A stretch of 64,000 nt of DNA from an uncultured delta proteobacterium (GCA_963840855.1 CAWJBB010000053.1:20996-84995), one strand, 5' to 3'; shown: positions 39,870 through 49,866, counted from the first letter of the stretch. The notes: generated by a model from the sequence alone, not told the origin. Translations and numbers: made by a program.

Positions 39870-41294
39870 ATGGCCATTAGAACCGGGGCAAATTACATCA
39901 AGGCGCTGCGCGACGGGCGGGAGGTGTGGCATGCCGGGCGGCGCATCGACGATGTCACTGCCCATGCCGGATTTTCCGGCACGATCAAGACCCTCGCCGA
40001 TCTGTATGACAAGCAGCATGCGCCGGAGTGCCGCGATATCATGACGCTGGACTATGAAGGCGAGCGCATCTCCTACAGCTATCTGCCGCCGCAAAACGCC
40101 GAGCAGCTGGCGCTCAAGCGGCGCAACATCGAGTTCTGGTCGCAGGCGACATTTGGCCAGATGGGCCGTTTCCCGGAATTCGTCGCGGAACTGGTCGTGG
40201 GTTTGCGCGACTGGGCGCACATCATTGAGCAGACCAATAAGCAATGGGCGGAAAACGCCAGGGCCTACCATCGCTACGCGAGCCGCAATGACCTATGTCT
40301 TACCCACGCCCTTACCGATCAATACTACGACCGCACCAAACCCGTCAGCGGGCAGGAAGATCCGGATTTGATCTTGCATATCGTCGGCGAGACCAAAGAG
40401 GGCCCTGTCATCAGGGGCTTGCGCACGCTGGCCACTCTGGCGCCGATTTCCGACGAAGTGTTGGTTTACCCCAACCGGCCGCGGGAGCCGGGCGAAGCGG
40501 ACTATGCGGTTGCGTTCGCGATTCCGATGAACACAAAAGGCTTGAAGATCGTGTGCCGCGATCTCTACGCAGAAAACGCCGATCCGGAGCGGCAACCGTT
40601 GACCGCGCGCTTCGACGAAGTCGATGCCGCGCTGATTTTTGACGACGTGGTGGTGCCGTGGGAACGGATCTTCGTCTACAAAGATCCAAAGCTGCTGGCG
40701 GGGATCATGTACATTCACACCTGGGGGCAGTACTCGACGATGCTCCGCTTGATCACCAAGCTGGAAGGGTTCCTTGGCGTCGCCCAGCTGTTGACGCAGA
40801 TGGCGAAGCGCAACACCAGCGCTTCCTCGCAAATACTTTTATCGAGCCTGATGCAAGACATAGAAATTCTCCGCTGCTGCATTCAAGCCGCAGAATCCAA
40901 GGGCTACCGGGCCGCCGGGGGCACATGGGCGCCGCTGTTGAGCGCGGCCTATCGCGTGCATAGCATCGAAGCGTCCGATCGCGCCGAAAGAACGATGGAA
41001 GGCTTGTTGACGAGCACTCTTATGCTCAGCGGCGGCGCCTCGGATCTAAGCAATACAGAGATCGGGCCGTTTATCGACCGCTATTTTCGCGGCGGCGCGC
41101 CGAGCACCAAGGAGCACTTGCGTCTGATGGCCGTCGCCGCCGATATGGTCATGACTGCTTTTGGTAAGCGCAGCCAATTGTACGAGCGGCTGCAAAGCGG
41201 CGAAGTCGACCGGATGCGCCAGCGGCTTTACGGCCAGTATCTGGATCCGGCGCCGCAGGAAAGAATGCTGCGGTTTGTCAAGGAGATGGGCTGA
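39870..41294 (+). CDS. 4-hydroxyphenylacetate 3-hydroxylase family flavoprotein
   Basis: RTGANYIKALRDGREVW, GQMGR, ARFDEVDAALIFDDVVVPWERIF; ATG 39870 with GGAGG RBS. Confidence 0.88.
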   Translation: MAIRTGANYIKALRDGREVWHAGRRIDDVTAHAGFSGTIKTLADLYDKQHAPECRDIMTLDYEGERISYSYLPPQNAEQLALKRRNIEFWSQATFGQMGRFPEFVAELVVGLRDWAHIIEQTNKQWAENARAYHRYASRNDLCLTHALTDQYYDRTKPVSGQEDPDLILHIVGETKEGPVIRGLRTLATLAPISDEVLVYPNRPREPGEADYAVAFAIPMNTKGLKIVCRDLYAENADPERQPLTARFDEVDAALIFDDVVVPWERIFVYKDPKLLAGIMYIHTWGQYSTMLRLITKLEGFLGVAQLLTQMAKRNTSASSQILLSSLMQDIEILRCCIQAAESKGYRAAGGTWAPLLSAAYRVHSIEASDRAERTMEGLLTSTLMLSGGASDLSNTEIGPFIDRYFRGGAPSTKEHLRLMAVAADMVMTAFGKRSQLYERLQSGEVDRMRQRLYGQYLDPAPQERMLRFVKEMG

Positions 41295-41303
41295 CGCGGC
41301 GGA

Positions 41304-41332
41304 TTGACAATTATTATGCGGCTTGGCATAAC
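41304..41332 (+). promoter_or_regulatory. sigma-70 promoter
   Basis: TTGACA-17 nt-CATAAC. Confidence 0.55.
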
Positions 41333-41355
41333 GCGCGAAGAGGGATTCTAAAAAA

Positions 41356-41955
41356 ATGTCAATGGTGAAATGCCAAGCGGTTATGCCGCAACTAAGAAAA
41401 ATCGTTATAGCGTGCTTCTTCTTGGTGGCCGGTTTCCAAGCTCAGAGCCGGGCCCAAGAAACCATTCCATTCGTGCCGTCGCCCATGCCGGTGGTGCTGC
41501 GGATGCTCGAAGTGGCGGAATTTAAGAACGGCGACGTGCTTTACGATATGGGCAGCGGCGACGGGCGCATCATTATCCAAGCGGCAAAAAAATACGGCGT
41601 GCGCGGCGTCGGTGTCGATCTCAATCCTGAATTAGTGGAAAAGGCGAGAGCCAACGCGAAAGAGGAAGGCGTCAGCCACCTCGTCGAGTTTCGCGCCGCC
41701 GACGGCCTCACCGTGGATATTTCCGAAGCCACGGTGGTCACGCTTTACATGTTCAAGTGGTTCAATAATCAACTCCGCCCCAAGCTACAAGCGCTCAAAC
41801 CCGGTTCGCGGGTCATCGCCCATGACTTCGACATCGACGACTGGAAACCGACGAAGATCGAATACGTCAACCCCAGCGAGTCGGGCTCCTCTGAATTCAG
41901 CGAACCGCGCACTCTCTACATCTGGAGAGTCGAGCCTCCCGCGCCGGCGCCGTAA
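41356..41955 (+). CDS. class I SAM-dependent methyltransferase (FAM173-like)
   Basis: PFVPSP, DMGSGDGR, ATVVTLY, LKPGSRV; signal-peptide-like N-terminus. Confidence 0.85.
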   Translation: MSMVKCQAVMPQLRKIVIACFFLVAGFQAQSRAQETIPFVPSPMPVVLRMLEVAEFKNGDVLYDMGSGDGRIIIQAAKKYGVRGVGVDLNPELVEKARANAKEEGVSHLVEFRAADGLTVDISEATVVTLYMFKWFNNQLRPKLQALKPGSRVIAHDFDIDDWKPTKIEYVNPSESGSSEFSEPRTLYIWRVEPPAPAP

Positions 41956-42245
41956 TCCTGTACGACCTTTCGGCGCTCAGTCGCGTCAAATTTTGCCGGT
42001 CGGTCATTTCTTTGGGCATGCGATCGAAGCACGGAGATTGACTCGCGCCAGAGACGCAAAGCATCGCTAAGGGTACGGAAGAGAATTATTGATCAAGAAT
42101 TATTTACGAACTCTGCGTCTCCGTGTCCGTTGTTATTTTCCGGTTTTGCGGCCTTGGCGCTGCTTTGTGCGTAGATAGTCCGATTCTATCAGTTGCGGCT
42201 TCGCCACGCGGGCATGAAATGGCGGCCGCCGGCGAAAGGATAGAA

Positions 42246-43448
42246 ATGGAATCAGCGGCGCAAGGCTATTCGTTAACCGAGCGTGATTGGCGTTGGCGGC
42301 GGGTGCGCGAGAACGCGGCAAAGGCCGGATTCGATTGCATCTTCGTGCCGCTATGCGTCGACGGCAGAAACCTGCATCTATCGCTCGAACAGTCCCGCGG
42401 CGCCCGTTCGGATTGCCGCTTCCTCACTCAACTCGAAAACGCCGCCGTGATTTTGCCGACGGATGGTCGCCAGCCCATCATCGTTTCCGACATGGAGGAA
42501 GGAAACGATTGGGTGCCGGACTTCCGGCCCATAGAACGCTCCTGGGGTGAGAGCATGGCGCAGGCGCTGATCGACGCCGGCATGGAGCGGGCGCGCATCG
42601 GTGTCTCCGGCATCCGGCGCGGCTTTTATACCCACGGGCGCGCCTTTCACGGCGTGGTCAATCATTCGTCCTACGTCGAAGTGCGGCAGCGTCTATCCAA
42701 CGCCAGGTTCGAAAACGCCACTGACGTGGTCGGCTATGCCCGCTATGTCAAGAGCGAGGAACAAATCGCCTGTCTTCGGCGCGGTGCCGCCATCGCCGCC
42801 GCGGGCATCGAAAAAATGATCGAGCTGGCGCGCCCGGGGATGGACGAGGGCCTGCTCTATGCGCGGGTCATGCACCGGATGATCTCGCTGGGAAGCGAGT
42901 ATTATCCCATGGCGTTTTACAGCGGGCCCCATGGCGGCGGGCGCTTGCCGCGCTTCGAAGATCCCACGGAGGGGCGGTTTCTTCAGCCAGGATATCGTAT
43001 CGCCAACGAAGTCGACGCCGTCTTCGGCGGACTTATCGCTCAGGAACAGCAACCCATCATCCTGGGGCCGATTCCCGAATCGTGGAAGCCCGCCATCGAA
43101 CTGCAGCGCGAGTTGTATTACGCGGGGTTGGAACACCTAACGCCGGGGAAACCCTTCGCCGAGTTCATGGACATGATCAACAGCTTCGGCGAAAAACGCG
43201 GCATGAAGAGCCAGCTGCTCATGCATGGGCGTGGTTACGGCGACGACGGGCCGTTATTTACGCCGCAAAACCAGGGCATGCGCAACCGCGACGTGCTGAT
43301 TGAAAAAGGCAATGTCTTTATCGTGAAGCCGATCGCCCGCAGCGCCGACGGCAGCTTCGATACCAGTTGGGGCGGCTGCGTGCTGGTCACCGACAAAGGC
43401 GGCGAGCCGTTGGTAAAGCGCACGCCGGGAATGGTATCGATCACTTGA
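42246..43448 (+). CDS. M24/creatinase-fold protein
   Basis: ERDWRWRRVR, RYVKSEEQI, HGRG; AAAGGA RBS before ATG 42246. Confidence 0.8.
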   Translation: MESAAQGYSLTERDWRWRRVRENAAKAGFDCIFVPLCVDGRNLHLSLEQSRGARSDCRFLTQLENAAVILPTDGRQPIIVSDMEEGNDWVPDFRPIERSWGESMAQALIDAGMERARIGVSGIRRGFYTHGRAFHGVVNHSSYVEVRQRLSNARFENATDVVGYARYVKSEEQIACLRRGAAIAAAGIEKMIELARPGMDEGLLYARVMHRMISLGSEYYPMAFYSGPHGGGRLPRFEDPTEGRFLQPGYRIANEVDAVFGGLIAQEQQPIILGPIPESWKPAIELQRELYYAGLEHLTPGKPFAEFMDMINSFGEKRGMKSQLLMHGRGYGDDGPLFTPQNQGMRNRDVLIEKGNVFIVKPIARSADGSFDTSWGGCVLVTDKGGEPLVKRTPGMVSIT

Positions 43449-43453
43449 GTGAC

Positions 43454-43526
43454 GTCTAGTGTCCGGTGTCTAGGGTCTCGGGTTTAAGAAATCTCAACGC
43501 TAGACTCTAGACCCGGGACTCCAGAC
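43454..43526. repeat. inverted heptamer array pair (GTCTAGG-type)
   Basis: gtctagt gtccggt gtctagg gtctcgg ... gctagac tctagac ccgggac tccagac. Confidence 0.85.
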
Positions 43527-43542
43527 TGAAGGAGTTAATTCG

Positions 43543-44733
43543 ATGCCTTGGACCACACCGCCTGGAGCCGGCGCGACGGTTTACATCTGGAACGGTTACA
43601 CACTCGCCGAGCGCGATCGGCGTTGGCAGGCCGTAAGAGCAAACGCCGCGAAGGCCGGCTTTGATTGCATCCTTGTACCTCTCGGAAATGGGATAGACGG
43701 ACGGTATATGACACAGCTGCGTTGCTCGGCGATGGTTTTGCCTGCCGACGGGCGCGCGCCGATCGTCATCGCCGATCGCAGGTCGAGCAACGACTGGGTT
43801 CCCGACCCTTGGCAAACGGGCCGCGAGTGGGCCGAACCTATGGGCGAGGCGCTGCTCGATTTGGGCATGGACCGAGCGCGGGTCGGCGTTGTCGGGCTAA
43901 AAGGCGGTTCGCTCACCCATTGCAGCTCGATTGACGGCGTGGTCAATCACACCGCTCTGGAACTCGTCGCGCGCAAGGTGCCGAACGCGAGTTTCGAAGA
44001 CGCCACCGACGTCGTCGGCGCCGTGCGTTACGTCAAGAGCGATGAGGAAATCGCTTTCGTGCGGCGCGCGGCGGAAGTGGCCACCGCGGGACTGGATGAA
44101 TTGATTGAATCGGCGCGGCCTGGAGCCGACGCCGGGATGTTTTACGCCGGCGCGTTACAACGGCTGCTGGAACTACGCAGCGAATATTTCCCAATGGCGC
44201 TGACCATCGATCCCATCGGCACGGCGCGACCGAAGCGCTACACCAACCCGCCCGCCGGCCGGCGGCTGGAGAAGAACGCGCTGATAATCAATGAAGTGAA
44301 CGCGATCATCGGCGCGCAGTTAGCGCAGGTGTGCCAGCCGCTTGTTCTTGGCCCGATTCCCGAGTCATGGAAGCCGGTGATCGAGTTACAGAGGAAAGTC
44401 TACGAAGCCGGCTTGGAGTTGATCAAACCGGGAGTCACGATTGGCGCCCTAATCGACTTCGTGAACGGCTTCGGCGCCAAGCGCGGCATGAAAACACTGA
44501 TCCAAATGCACGGCTGCGGCTACGGTGACGACGGTCCGGTGCTTAACGAAAAATTCCCCGGCGTCCGCGCGCGCGAGTTGCGCGTCGAAAGAGGCAACGC
44601 ATTTATCTGGAAACCCATCGCGATGACGGCTGATGAACGGATTCAATTCTGCTGGGGCGGGCCGGTTCTGGTGACGGAAAACAGCGCCGAAGGGTTGTTT
44701 AAGAGAGCGCATGGCATGGTATCGGTTGCTTGA
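43543..44733 (+). CDS. M24/creatinase-fold protein, tandem paralogue
   Basis: shares NAAKAGFDCI, RYVKS, SEY, LGPIPESWKP, GYGDDGP, GMVS with the upstream gene. Confidence 0.8.
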   Translation: MPWTTPPGAGATVYIWNGYTLAERDRRWQAVRANAAKAGFDCILVPLGNGIDGRYMTQLRCSAMVLPADGRAPIVIADRRSSNDWVPDPWQTGREWAEPMGEALLDLGMDRARVGVVGLKGGSLTHCSSIDGVVNHTALELVARKVPNASFEDATDVVGAVRYVKSDEEIAFVRRAAEVATAGLDELIESARPGADAGMFYAGALQRLLELRSEYFPMALTIDPIGTARPKRYTNPPAGRRLEKNALIINEVNAIIGAQLAQVCQPLVLGPIPESWKPVIELQRKVYEAGLELIKPGVTIGALIDFVNGFGAKRGMKTLIQMHGCGYGDDGPVLNEKFPGVRARELRVERGNAFIWKPIAMTADERIQFCWGGPVLVTENSAEGLFKRAHGMVSVA

Positions 44734-44743
44734 GTCCCTAATC

Positions 44744-44872
44744 GTTCAAGGTTCGAGGGTTCAACGTAGCGCCTTCAGCGCGGTTCAAGGTTTCGGGTTT
44801 AAGGTTGGGGGAAGGCGGACGTTGAACATTGAACTTTGAACGTTGAACCGGCGAAGCCAATGAACATTGAAC
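44744..44872. repeat. inverted GTTCAAG heptamer arrays
   Basis: gttcaag... then gttgaac attgaac tttgaac gttgaac; central GGTT-GGG...GCGGACGTTGAAC resembles 9421-9465. Confidence 0.85.
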
Positions 44873-44877
44873 CGCAC

Positions 44878-45933
44878 ATGATGCTGAGCTACGACGTCAT
44901 CGCGTGGGGTAAACCCCTGGAGCGAATCGAGCGCACGCTACCGCATCCTGCGGGCACGGAAGTGCTGGTCCGGCTCAAGTATTGCGGCGTGTGCCATAGC
45001 GACGTGCATATTCGCGACGGCTACTTCGATCTCGGCGGCGGCAAGCGTTTGCTCATGGCGGAGCGCGGCATAACCTTGCCTGTGACGCTGGGGCACGAAC
45101 CGTTCGGCACGGTTATCGCCGCGGGACCTGATGCCGGCGATGTCTTTCTCGGCGAGGACCGTCTCATCTATCCATGGACCGGCTGCGGCGACTGCGCGCG
45201 CTGTCGCCAAGGGTTAGACAACTATTGCATGGCGCCGCGCATGATCGGCATTCAGCGCAGCGGCGGCTATGCCGATCATCTTCTTGTGCCGCATCCGCGT
45301 TACCTCATCGACGCCGGCGGCATTGATTCGGCCTGGGCAGCGACGTTGTCATGTTCAGGGCTTTCGACTTATGCCGCAGTGGCGAAATTAAAACCGATCC
45401 CGCCGAACGAATGGGTCGCCGTGATGGGCGCGGGCGGCCTGGGACTTTCGGCCATCGCGATGTTGCGCGCGCTGGGGCATGAACGCATCGTCTCGGTGGA
45501 TATCGACGCGCGCAAATTGGCGGCGGCGGAAAAAAGCGGCGCGGCGGCGGCATTTGATGGCCGTGATGCCGACGCCGCGAAGAAGTTAAGAGAATTCACC
45601 GGTGGGTTTTTATACGGGGCCGTGGATTTCGTGGGCATGAAAGAGACTGCCGAGCTGGCGCTCGGCGCTTTGCGCAAAGGCGGCCGGCTGATCCTGGTGG
45701 GACTGTACGGCGGCGAGATCCCGCTGTCGATCGGTTCGACGATCCTGCGGGCGCTGACAATTCAAGGCTCCCATGTTGGGTCGGTTGGTGAGCTAAAAGA
45801 AGTCGTGGCGCTTGCGCGTCAAGGCAAACTCCAACCGATACCGATTCAGACGCGGCCGCTCGGGGAAGTCAGCCGCACCCTCGATGAATTGAAAGCGGGA
45901 GAAATTATCGGACGAGTGGTGGCGGAGATTTAA
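44878..45933 (+). CDS. zinc-dependent alcohol dehydrogenase
   Basis: CGVCHSD, GHE, CxxCxxC...C, GAGGLG; start uncertain. Confidence 0.92.
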   Translation: MMLSYDVIAWGKPLERIERTLPHPAGTEVLVRLKYCGVCHSDVHIRDGYFDLGGGKRLLMAERGITLPVTLGHEPFGTVIAAGPDAGDVFLGEDRLIYPWTGCGDCARCRQGLDNYCMAPRMIGIQRSGGYADHLLVPHPRYLIDAGGIDSAWAATLSCSGLSTYAAVAKLKPIPPNEWVAVMGAGGLGLSAIAMLRALGHERIVSVDIDARKLAAAEKSGAAAAFDGRDADAAKKLREFTGGFLYGAVDFVGMKETAELALGALRKGGRLILVGLYGGEIPLSIGSTILRALTIQGSHVGSVGELKEVVALARQGKLQPIPIQTRPLGEVSRTLDELKAGEIIGRVVAEI

Positions 45934-45937
45934 AAAT

Positions 45938-46025
45938 GTTCCTGGTTTCAAGTTTCTGGTTTCTAGTTTGAACTCTGGAATTCAGTACCTCATAAACTAG
46001 AAACCTGGAACTAGAAACTGGAAAC
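45938..46025. repeat. inverted heptamer array pair (GTTTCTG / TAGAAAC-type)
   Basis: gttcctg gtttcaa gtttctg gtttcta ... tagaaac ctggaac tagaaac tggaaac. Confidence 0.88.
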
Positions 46026-46053
46026 TAAAGGAGTACGCTCCAAGCAGGGAGGG

Positions 46054-47277
46054 ATGACCACACATAGTAAACAAGGCAAGTGGCTCTTCATCACCTTCGC
46101 CGCCGCCGCCGTGCTGATGATCACGATGGGGGCGCGGCAGACTTTGGGCCTGTTCGTGTTTCCGATCAATAATTCGACGGGGCTTGGCCTTGTGACGATC
46201 AGCTTTGCGCTGGCCGTGGGGCAGTTTATCTGGGGCGCGATCCAACCGCTCGCCGGCGCAGTCGCGGACCGCTATGGTCCGGGGCGGGTGCTGGTCGGCG
46301 GTGTGTTGATGCTTGCTTTAGGCAGCGCGCTCACGCCGTTTTTGACCACGGGACTCGGTTTGGTGACAGCCATCGGTTTCTTATCAGCCATCGGCTCGGG
46401 CGCGGCGAGCTTTTCGGTGCTGATTGGCGCGGTGGCGCAGCGCATCTCCGCTTCACATCGCGGCAGCGCCGCGGGCGTTATCAATGCCGGAGGCTCTTTC
46501 GGTCAGTTCGTATTCGCGCCGCTTCTGCAGAAATTGATTTCGCTGTTTGGCTGGATGGGCGCCATGTGGTCGTTGGCGCTGATCACGCTCTTGGCGTTGC
46601 CTTTGGTGCAATCTCTGCGCGCGCCGCGGCCGGCGGGGCATGCCGGGGGCGGCGCTGCCGCCGGCGCGGGAAGCTTGCGCATGGCGGTGCGCCGCGCGCT
46701 TGCCGACCGCAGCTATCTATTACTCCACGCGGGTTTTTTTACCTGCGGCTTTCACGTGGCGTTGGTCGTTACGCACTTGCCAGGGGAAGTGAGCCTTCAA
46801 GGACTGCCGCCCCACGTGGCCAGCTGGTCTCTGGCGACCATCGGATTGGGCAACATCTGCGGCAGCCTCGCCGCGGGCTGGTGCGTCAATCGCTACCGGA
46901 GCAAATTCGTGCTTTCTTACGTTTACGGTGCGCGCGCGCTGCTGGTATTGCTCTACTTGGCGGCGCCCAAGAGCGAGTGGACATTTTATCTTTTCGCCGT
47001 GGGCCTCGGTTTCACCTGGTTGGCAACCGTTCCGCCCACCGCGGGAGTGATCGGTAAGTTATACGGCCCGCGTTATCTGGCGACGCTGTTCGGCCTGACG
47101 TTACTATCGCATCAGACCGGCGGCTTTCTCGGCGCCTGGTTGGGCGGCATCGCAGTCGTTCATCATGGCGATTATCTGCCGATGTGGTACGCGGATATAC
47201 TTCTGGCGACGCTGGCTGCGCTCTGCAATTTTCCGATTCGCGAACCGCTGGTCGAGCGCGGCGCCGTGCCAGTGTAG
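46054..47277 (+). CDS. MFS transporter
   Basis: GAVADRYG motif A, GFFTCGFHV, WLATVPPT, HQTGGFLG. Confidence 0.9.
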   Translation: MTTHSKQGKWLFITFAAAAVLMITMGARQTLGLFVFPINNSTGLGLVTISFALAVGQFIWGAIQPLAGAVADRYGPGRVLVGGVLMLALGSALTPFLTTGLGLVTAIGFLSAIGSGAASFSVLIGAVAQRISASHRGSAAGVINAGGSFGQFVFAPLLQKLISLFGWMGAMWSLALITLLALPLVQSLRAPRPAGHAGGGAAAGAGSLRMAVRRALADRSYLLLHAGFFTCGFHVALVVTHLPGEVSLQGLPPHVASWSLATIGLGNICGSLAAGWCVNRYRSKFVLSYVYGARALLVLLYLAAPKSEWTFYLFAVGLGFTWLATVPPTAGVIGKLYGPRYLATLFGLTLLSHQTGGFLGAWLGGIAVVHHGDYLPMWYADILLATLAALCNFPIREPLVERGAVPV

Positions 47278-47398
47278 CAGGCTGCTGAAGAACTTCTCCG
47301 GAGTTCTTCGACGGACGAACCGAGAGGGCTTTCAAATGAACGAGAAAATTCCGTTATGAAAAATCTATTTCGCTGATGCTTATCAAGGAGGACCGACA

Positions 47399-48406
47399 AT
47401 GATTATCGATGTGCACGGACATGTTTCGGCGCCCACGGAACTATGGGCTTATAAGGCGAATCTCTTATCGGCGCGGGGGGCGCATGGGCGCGGCGGGGTG
47501 AACGTTTCCGATGATGAGATCCGCGCGGCGGCAAACCGCAAAGAGAACTGGGCCAAGGGGCATCTCGATTACATGAAAGATCACGGCACGGATTTGCAGC
47601 TGATCTCACCCCGGCCGTTTCAGTTGATGCAGTCGGAAAAACCGGCGAAGCTGGTCCATTGGTTCACGGAGGAATGCAACAATATCATCCATCGCCAGAT
47701 GAAACTTCTCCCTGGCACCTTCATCGGCGTGTGCGCGTTGCCGCAAACAGCGGGGGACCCCATCGAGAAGGCGATTCCCGAGCTTGTCCGCTGCGTCACG
47801 CAGCTGGGCTTCGTCGGTTGCTTATTGAACCCGGACCCGTTTGAAAACAGCGGCCAGGAAGCGCCGCCGCTGGGCGATCGCTACTGGTACCCGCTCTATG
47901 AAAAACTCTGCGAGCTGGACGTACCCGCCCATATTCACGGCACCGGCTCGCGCTCGGAGCGCAGCCCCTATTCGGTTCACTTTATCAATGAAGAAACCAT
48001 CGCGGTTTTCGGCCTCGTGAATTCCACTGTCTTCAAAGATTTTCCCAATTTGAAAATTGTCGTCAGCCACGGCGGCGGGGCGGTTCCGTACCAGCTCGGC
48101 CGCTTCGAAGCGCCGACGTTGAGGCGCGGCACGGGTGAACGGTTTTCGGCCGGAGCGCGCAAGCTGTATTACGACACCGTGCTCTATACCGAAGACGCGC
48201 TCCGCTTGTTGATCAAAACCGTCGGCGTCGACCGTTGCCTTTTCGGCACCGAATGCCCCGGCGTCGGCTCGTCGGTGGATCCGGCGAGCGGCCGCTCGAT
48301 GGATAACGTGCGGCCGATGATCGAAAATATCGAGTGGCTCAACGCCGAGGACAAGCAAAGGATTTTTTGCGATAATGCGAAGGCGGTCTTCAAACTAAAA
48401 GTATAA
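47399..48406 (+). CDS. ligY: LigY-like meta-cleavage product hydrolase (amidohydrolase 2)
   Basis: MIIDVHGHVSAP.ELWAYKA, QLISPRPFQ, APPLGDRYWYPLYEKLCELD, SERSPYS.HFINEET, FG.ECPGVGS match LigY as recalled. Confidence 0.75.
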   Translation: MIIDVHGHVSAPTELWAYKANLLSARGAHGRGGVNVSDDEIRAAANRKENWAKGHLDYMKDHGTDLQLISPRPFQLMQSEKPAKLVHWFTEECNNIIHRQMKLLPGTFIGVCALPQTAGDPIEKAIPELVRCVTQLGFVGCLLNPDPFENSGQEAPPLGDRYWYPLYEKLCELDVPAHIHGTGSRSERSPYSVHFINEETIAVFGLVNSTVFKDFPNLKIVVSHGGGAVPYQLGRFEAPTLRRGTGERFSAGARKLYYDTVLYTEDALRLLIKTVGVDRCLFGTECPGVGSSVDPASGRSMDNVRPMIENIEWLNAEDKQRIFCDNAKAVFKLKV

Positions 48407-48417
48407 AACTTAGACGC

Positions 48418-48460
48418 GTTCGAAGTTCCAGCCGTTCTAATCGTTCCAGCCGTTTCATCG
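48418..48460. repeat. nonamer array, single arm
   Basis: gttccagcc gttctaatc gttccagcc. Confidence 0.7.
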
Positions 48461-48572
48461 GGATTGAGAGCGGGTTCGAGATTGCGGAATTTGTATTGCG
48501 CGAAAATGTTCCAGGTTTACGCAAATTTCACCAGCGGTCTTTGCCCTTCAGTTACAAATGCTTCGGATTATT

Positions 48573-48681
48573 CTCGCGCCAAGACGCCAAGAACGCCAAG
48601 TTCGGAATCATTTTTTTCCTTTGCGGCCTTTGCGCCTTTGCGCGAGTCACTCCGATTCGGTTGCGGCTTTGCCGCGCTAGG
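48573..48681. repeat. inverted CGCCAAG / CTTTGCG arrays plus small palindrome
   Basis: ctcgcgccaag acgccaag aacgccaag ... ctttgcg gc ctttgcg c ctttgcgcgag; GCGGC-ttt-GCCGC; partial relatives at about 42042-42071 and 52652-52672. Confidence 0.8.
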
Positions 48682-48701
48682 TTTGTTCAAAGGGTAAAAT
48701 T

Positions 48702-48758
48702 ATGTTCTCGCGCGAAGAAAATGAGCTGTTGACCCGGGTTGGGCCGGGCACGCCAATG
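48702..48758 (+). pseudogene. N-terminal stub of a phthalate dioxygenase/LigXa-type Rieske oxygenase
   Basis: MFSREENELLTRVGPGTPM, then the sequence breaks into a repeat array. Confidence 0.75.
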
Positions 48759-48770
48759 GCGGTGCCAGCC

Positions 48771-48813
48771 GTTCAAGTCGTTCAAAAGTTCCAATCGTTC
48801 AAAACGTTTTGAA
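48771..48813. repeat. nonamer array
   Basis: gttcaagtc gttcaaaa gttccaatc gttcaaaac gttttgaa. Confidence 0.8.
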
Positions 48814-48903
48814 TCCGTTTGGTGCCCGCTCCGTAGGAGAGTCACTCGTCAGTCTGCGCTCGATCGTGGTTTTGCCCCGGACCGCGAATAGTTCGGTCTA
48901 GCG

Positions 48904-49866
48904 CTAAAACTCCCCTACCTTGAGTTGCAGCATCTTTAACGCCGCGCGGCCCGCGATGCCGTAAGGATTGGCGAAGGATTCCTGCATCTCAAAGTGGTTG
49001 AAGCCTTCGCCGACGATCAGTTCTACCGGTTTGCCGGCGGCTTTCACGGCGGCGGCGAATTCGCGCGACTGGCGTTGGAACTCCGGCGTCTCCTGAGTGC
49101 CGTAGGCAATAATGACGGGCGCGTTGAGTTTATCGAGATGGCGCTGGCTGCTGAGCTTTTCTTCGATCTCGTCGGTAAATTTCACATACTCGCTCCGCTT
49201 CGATAGTCTAACCGGTTTCAAGTCGTACATGCCGCTGACGAGCAGCCCGCCTTTAATTACATCCGGCGGCAGGCCGTAATCGTTAACCCAGTCGGTGACA
49301 AGGGTCACGCCCGCGAGATGGGCGCCGGAGGAATGGCCGGTTATAAAAGTACGCTCGGCATCGCCGCCGAAGGATGCCGCGTTTTTGTAAACCCACGTAA
49401 CCGCGCGCCGCACTTGTTCAATCATCGGCAGCAGGCTGCCGCCGGCGTCCTGTACCTGCACGAAGTCGGGCACGACGAAATGCGCGCCGGCATTCATGAA
49501 CATCTCAGCGGGGAAGGCAAAGTCCTTGGCCGTGCCGTTACGCCAGGCGCCGCCGTGGATATAGATCACAACCGGCGCGTTTTGCCGCCGCGTCTTATAG
49601 ACATCGAGTTTTTCGACTTCGGTTGGGCCGTAGGCGACGCGCTGCGGCAGGCCAAGGCGTCTCAACACCGACTCACTGGCAATCTTGCGTCGAGCAGCAA
49701 TTAGAGGTTGGTTAGGGGCGTAAACCGTCTGGTCGTAGGCGTCGTCCAGCTCTTTCTGGTCCATGTCAAGCCAGACAATCGGACCTCTATTTCGGACGGT
49801 TGATTGACTTACTGGTTGATCTAGATTGGTGTTAATAGCCACGATAACTCCGATTTTTTCGTTCAA
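48904..49866 (-). CDS. alpha/beta hydrolase (arylformamidase-like); start uncertain
   Basis: HGGAW oxyanion motif, GHSSG, ETPEF, NHF. Confidence 0.85.
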   Translation of the reverse strand: MNEKIGVIVAINTNLDQPVSQSTVRNRGPIVWLDMDQKELDDAYDQTVYAPNQPLIAARRKIASESVLRRLGLPQRVAYGPTEVEKLDVYKTRRQNAPVVIYIHGGAWRNGTAKDFAFPAEMFMNAGAHFVVPDFVQVQDAGGSLLPMIEQVRRAVTWVYKNAASFGGDAERTFITGHSSGAHLAGVTLVTDWVNDYGLPPDVIKGGLLVSGMYDLKPVRLSKRSEYVKFTDEIEEKLSSQRHLDKLNAPVIIAYGTQETPEFQRQSREFAAAVKAAGKPVELIVGEGFNHFEMQESFANPYGIAGRAALKMLQLKVGEF

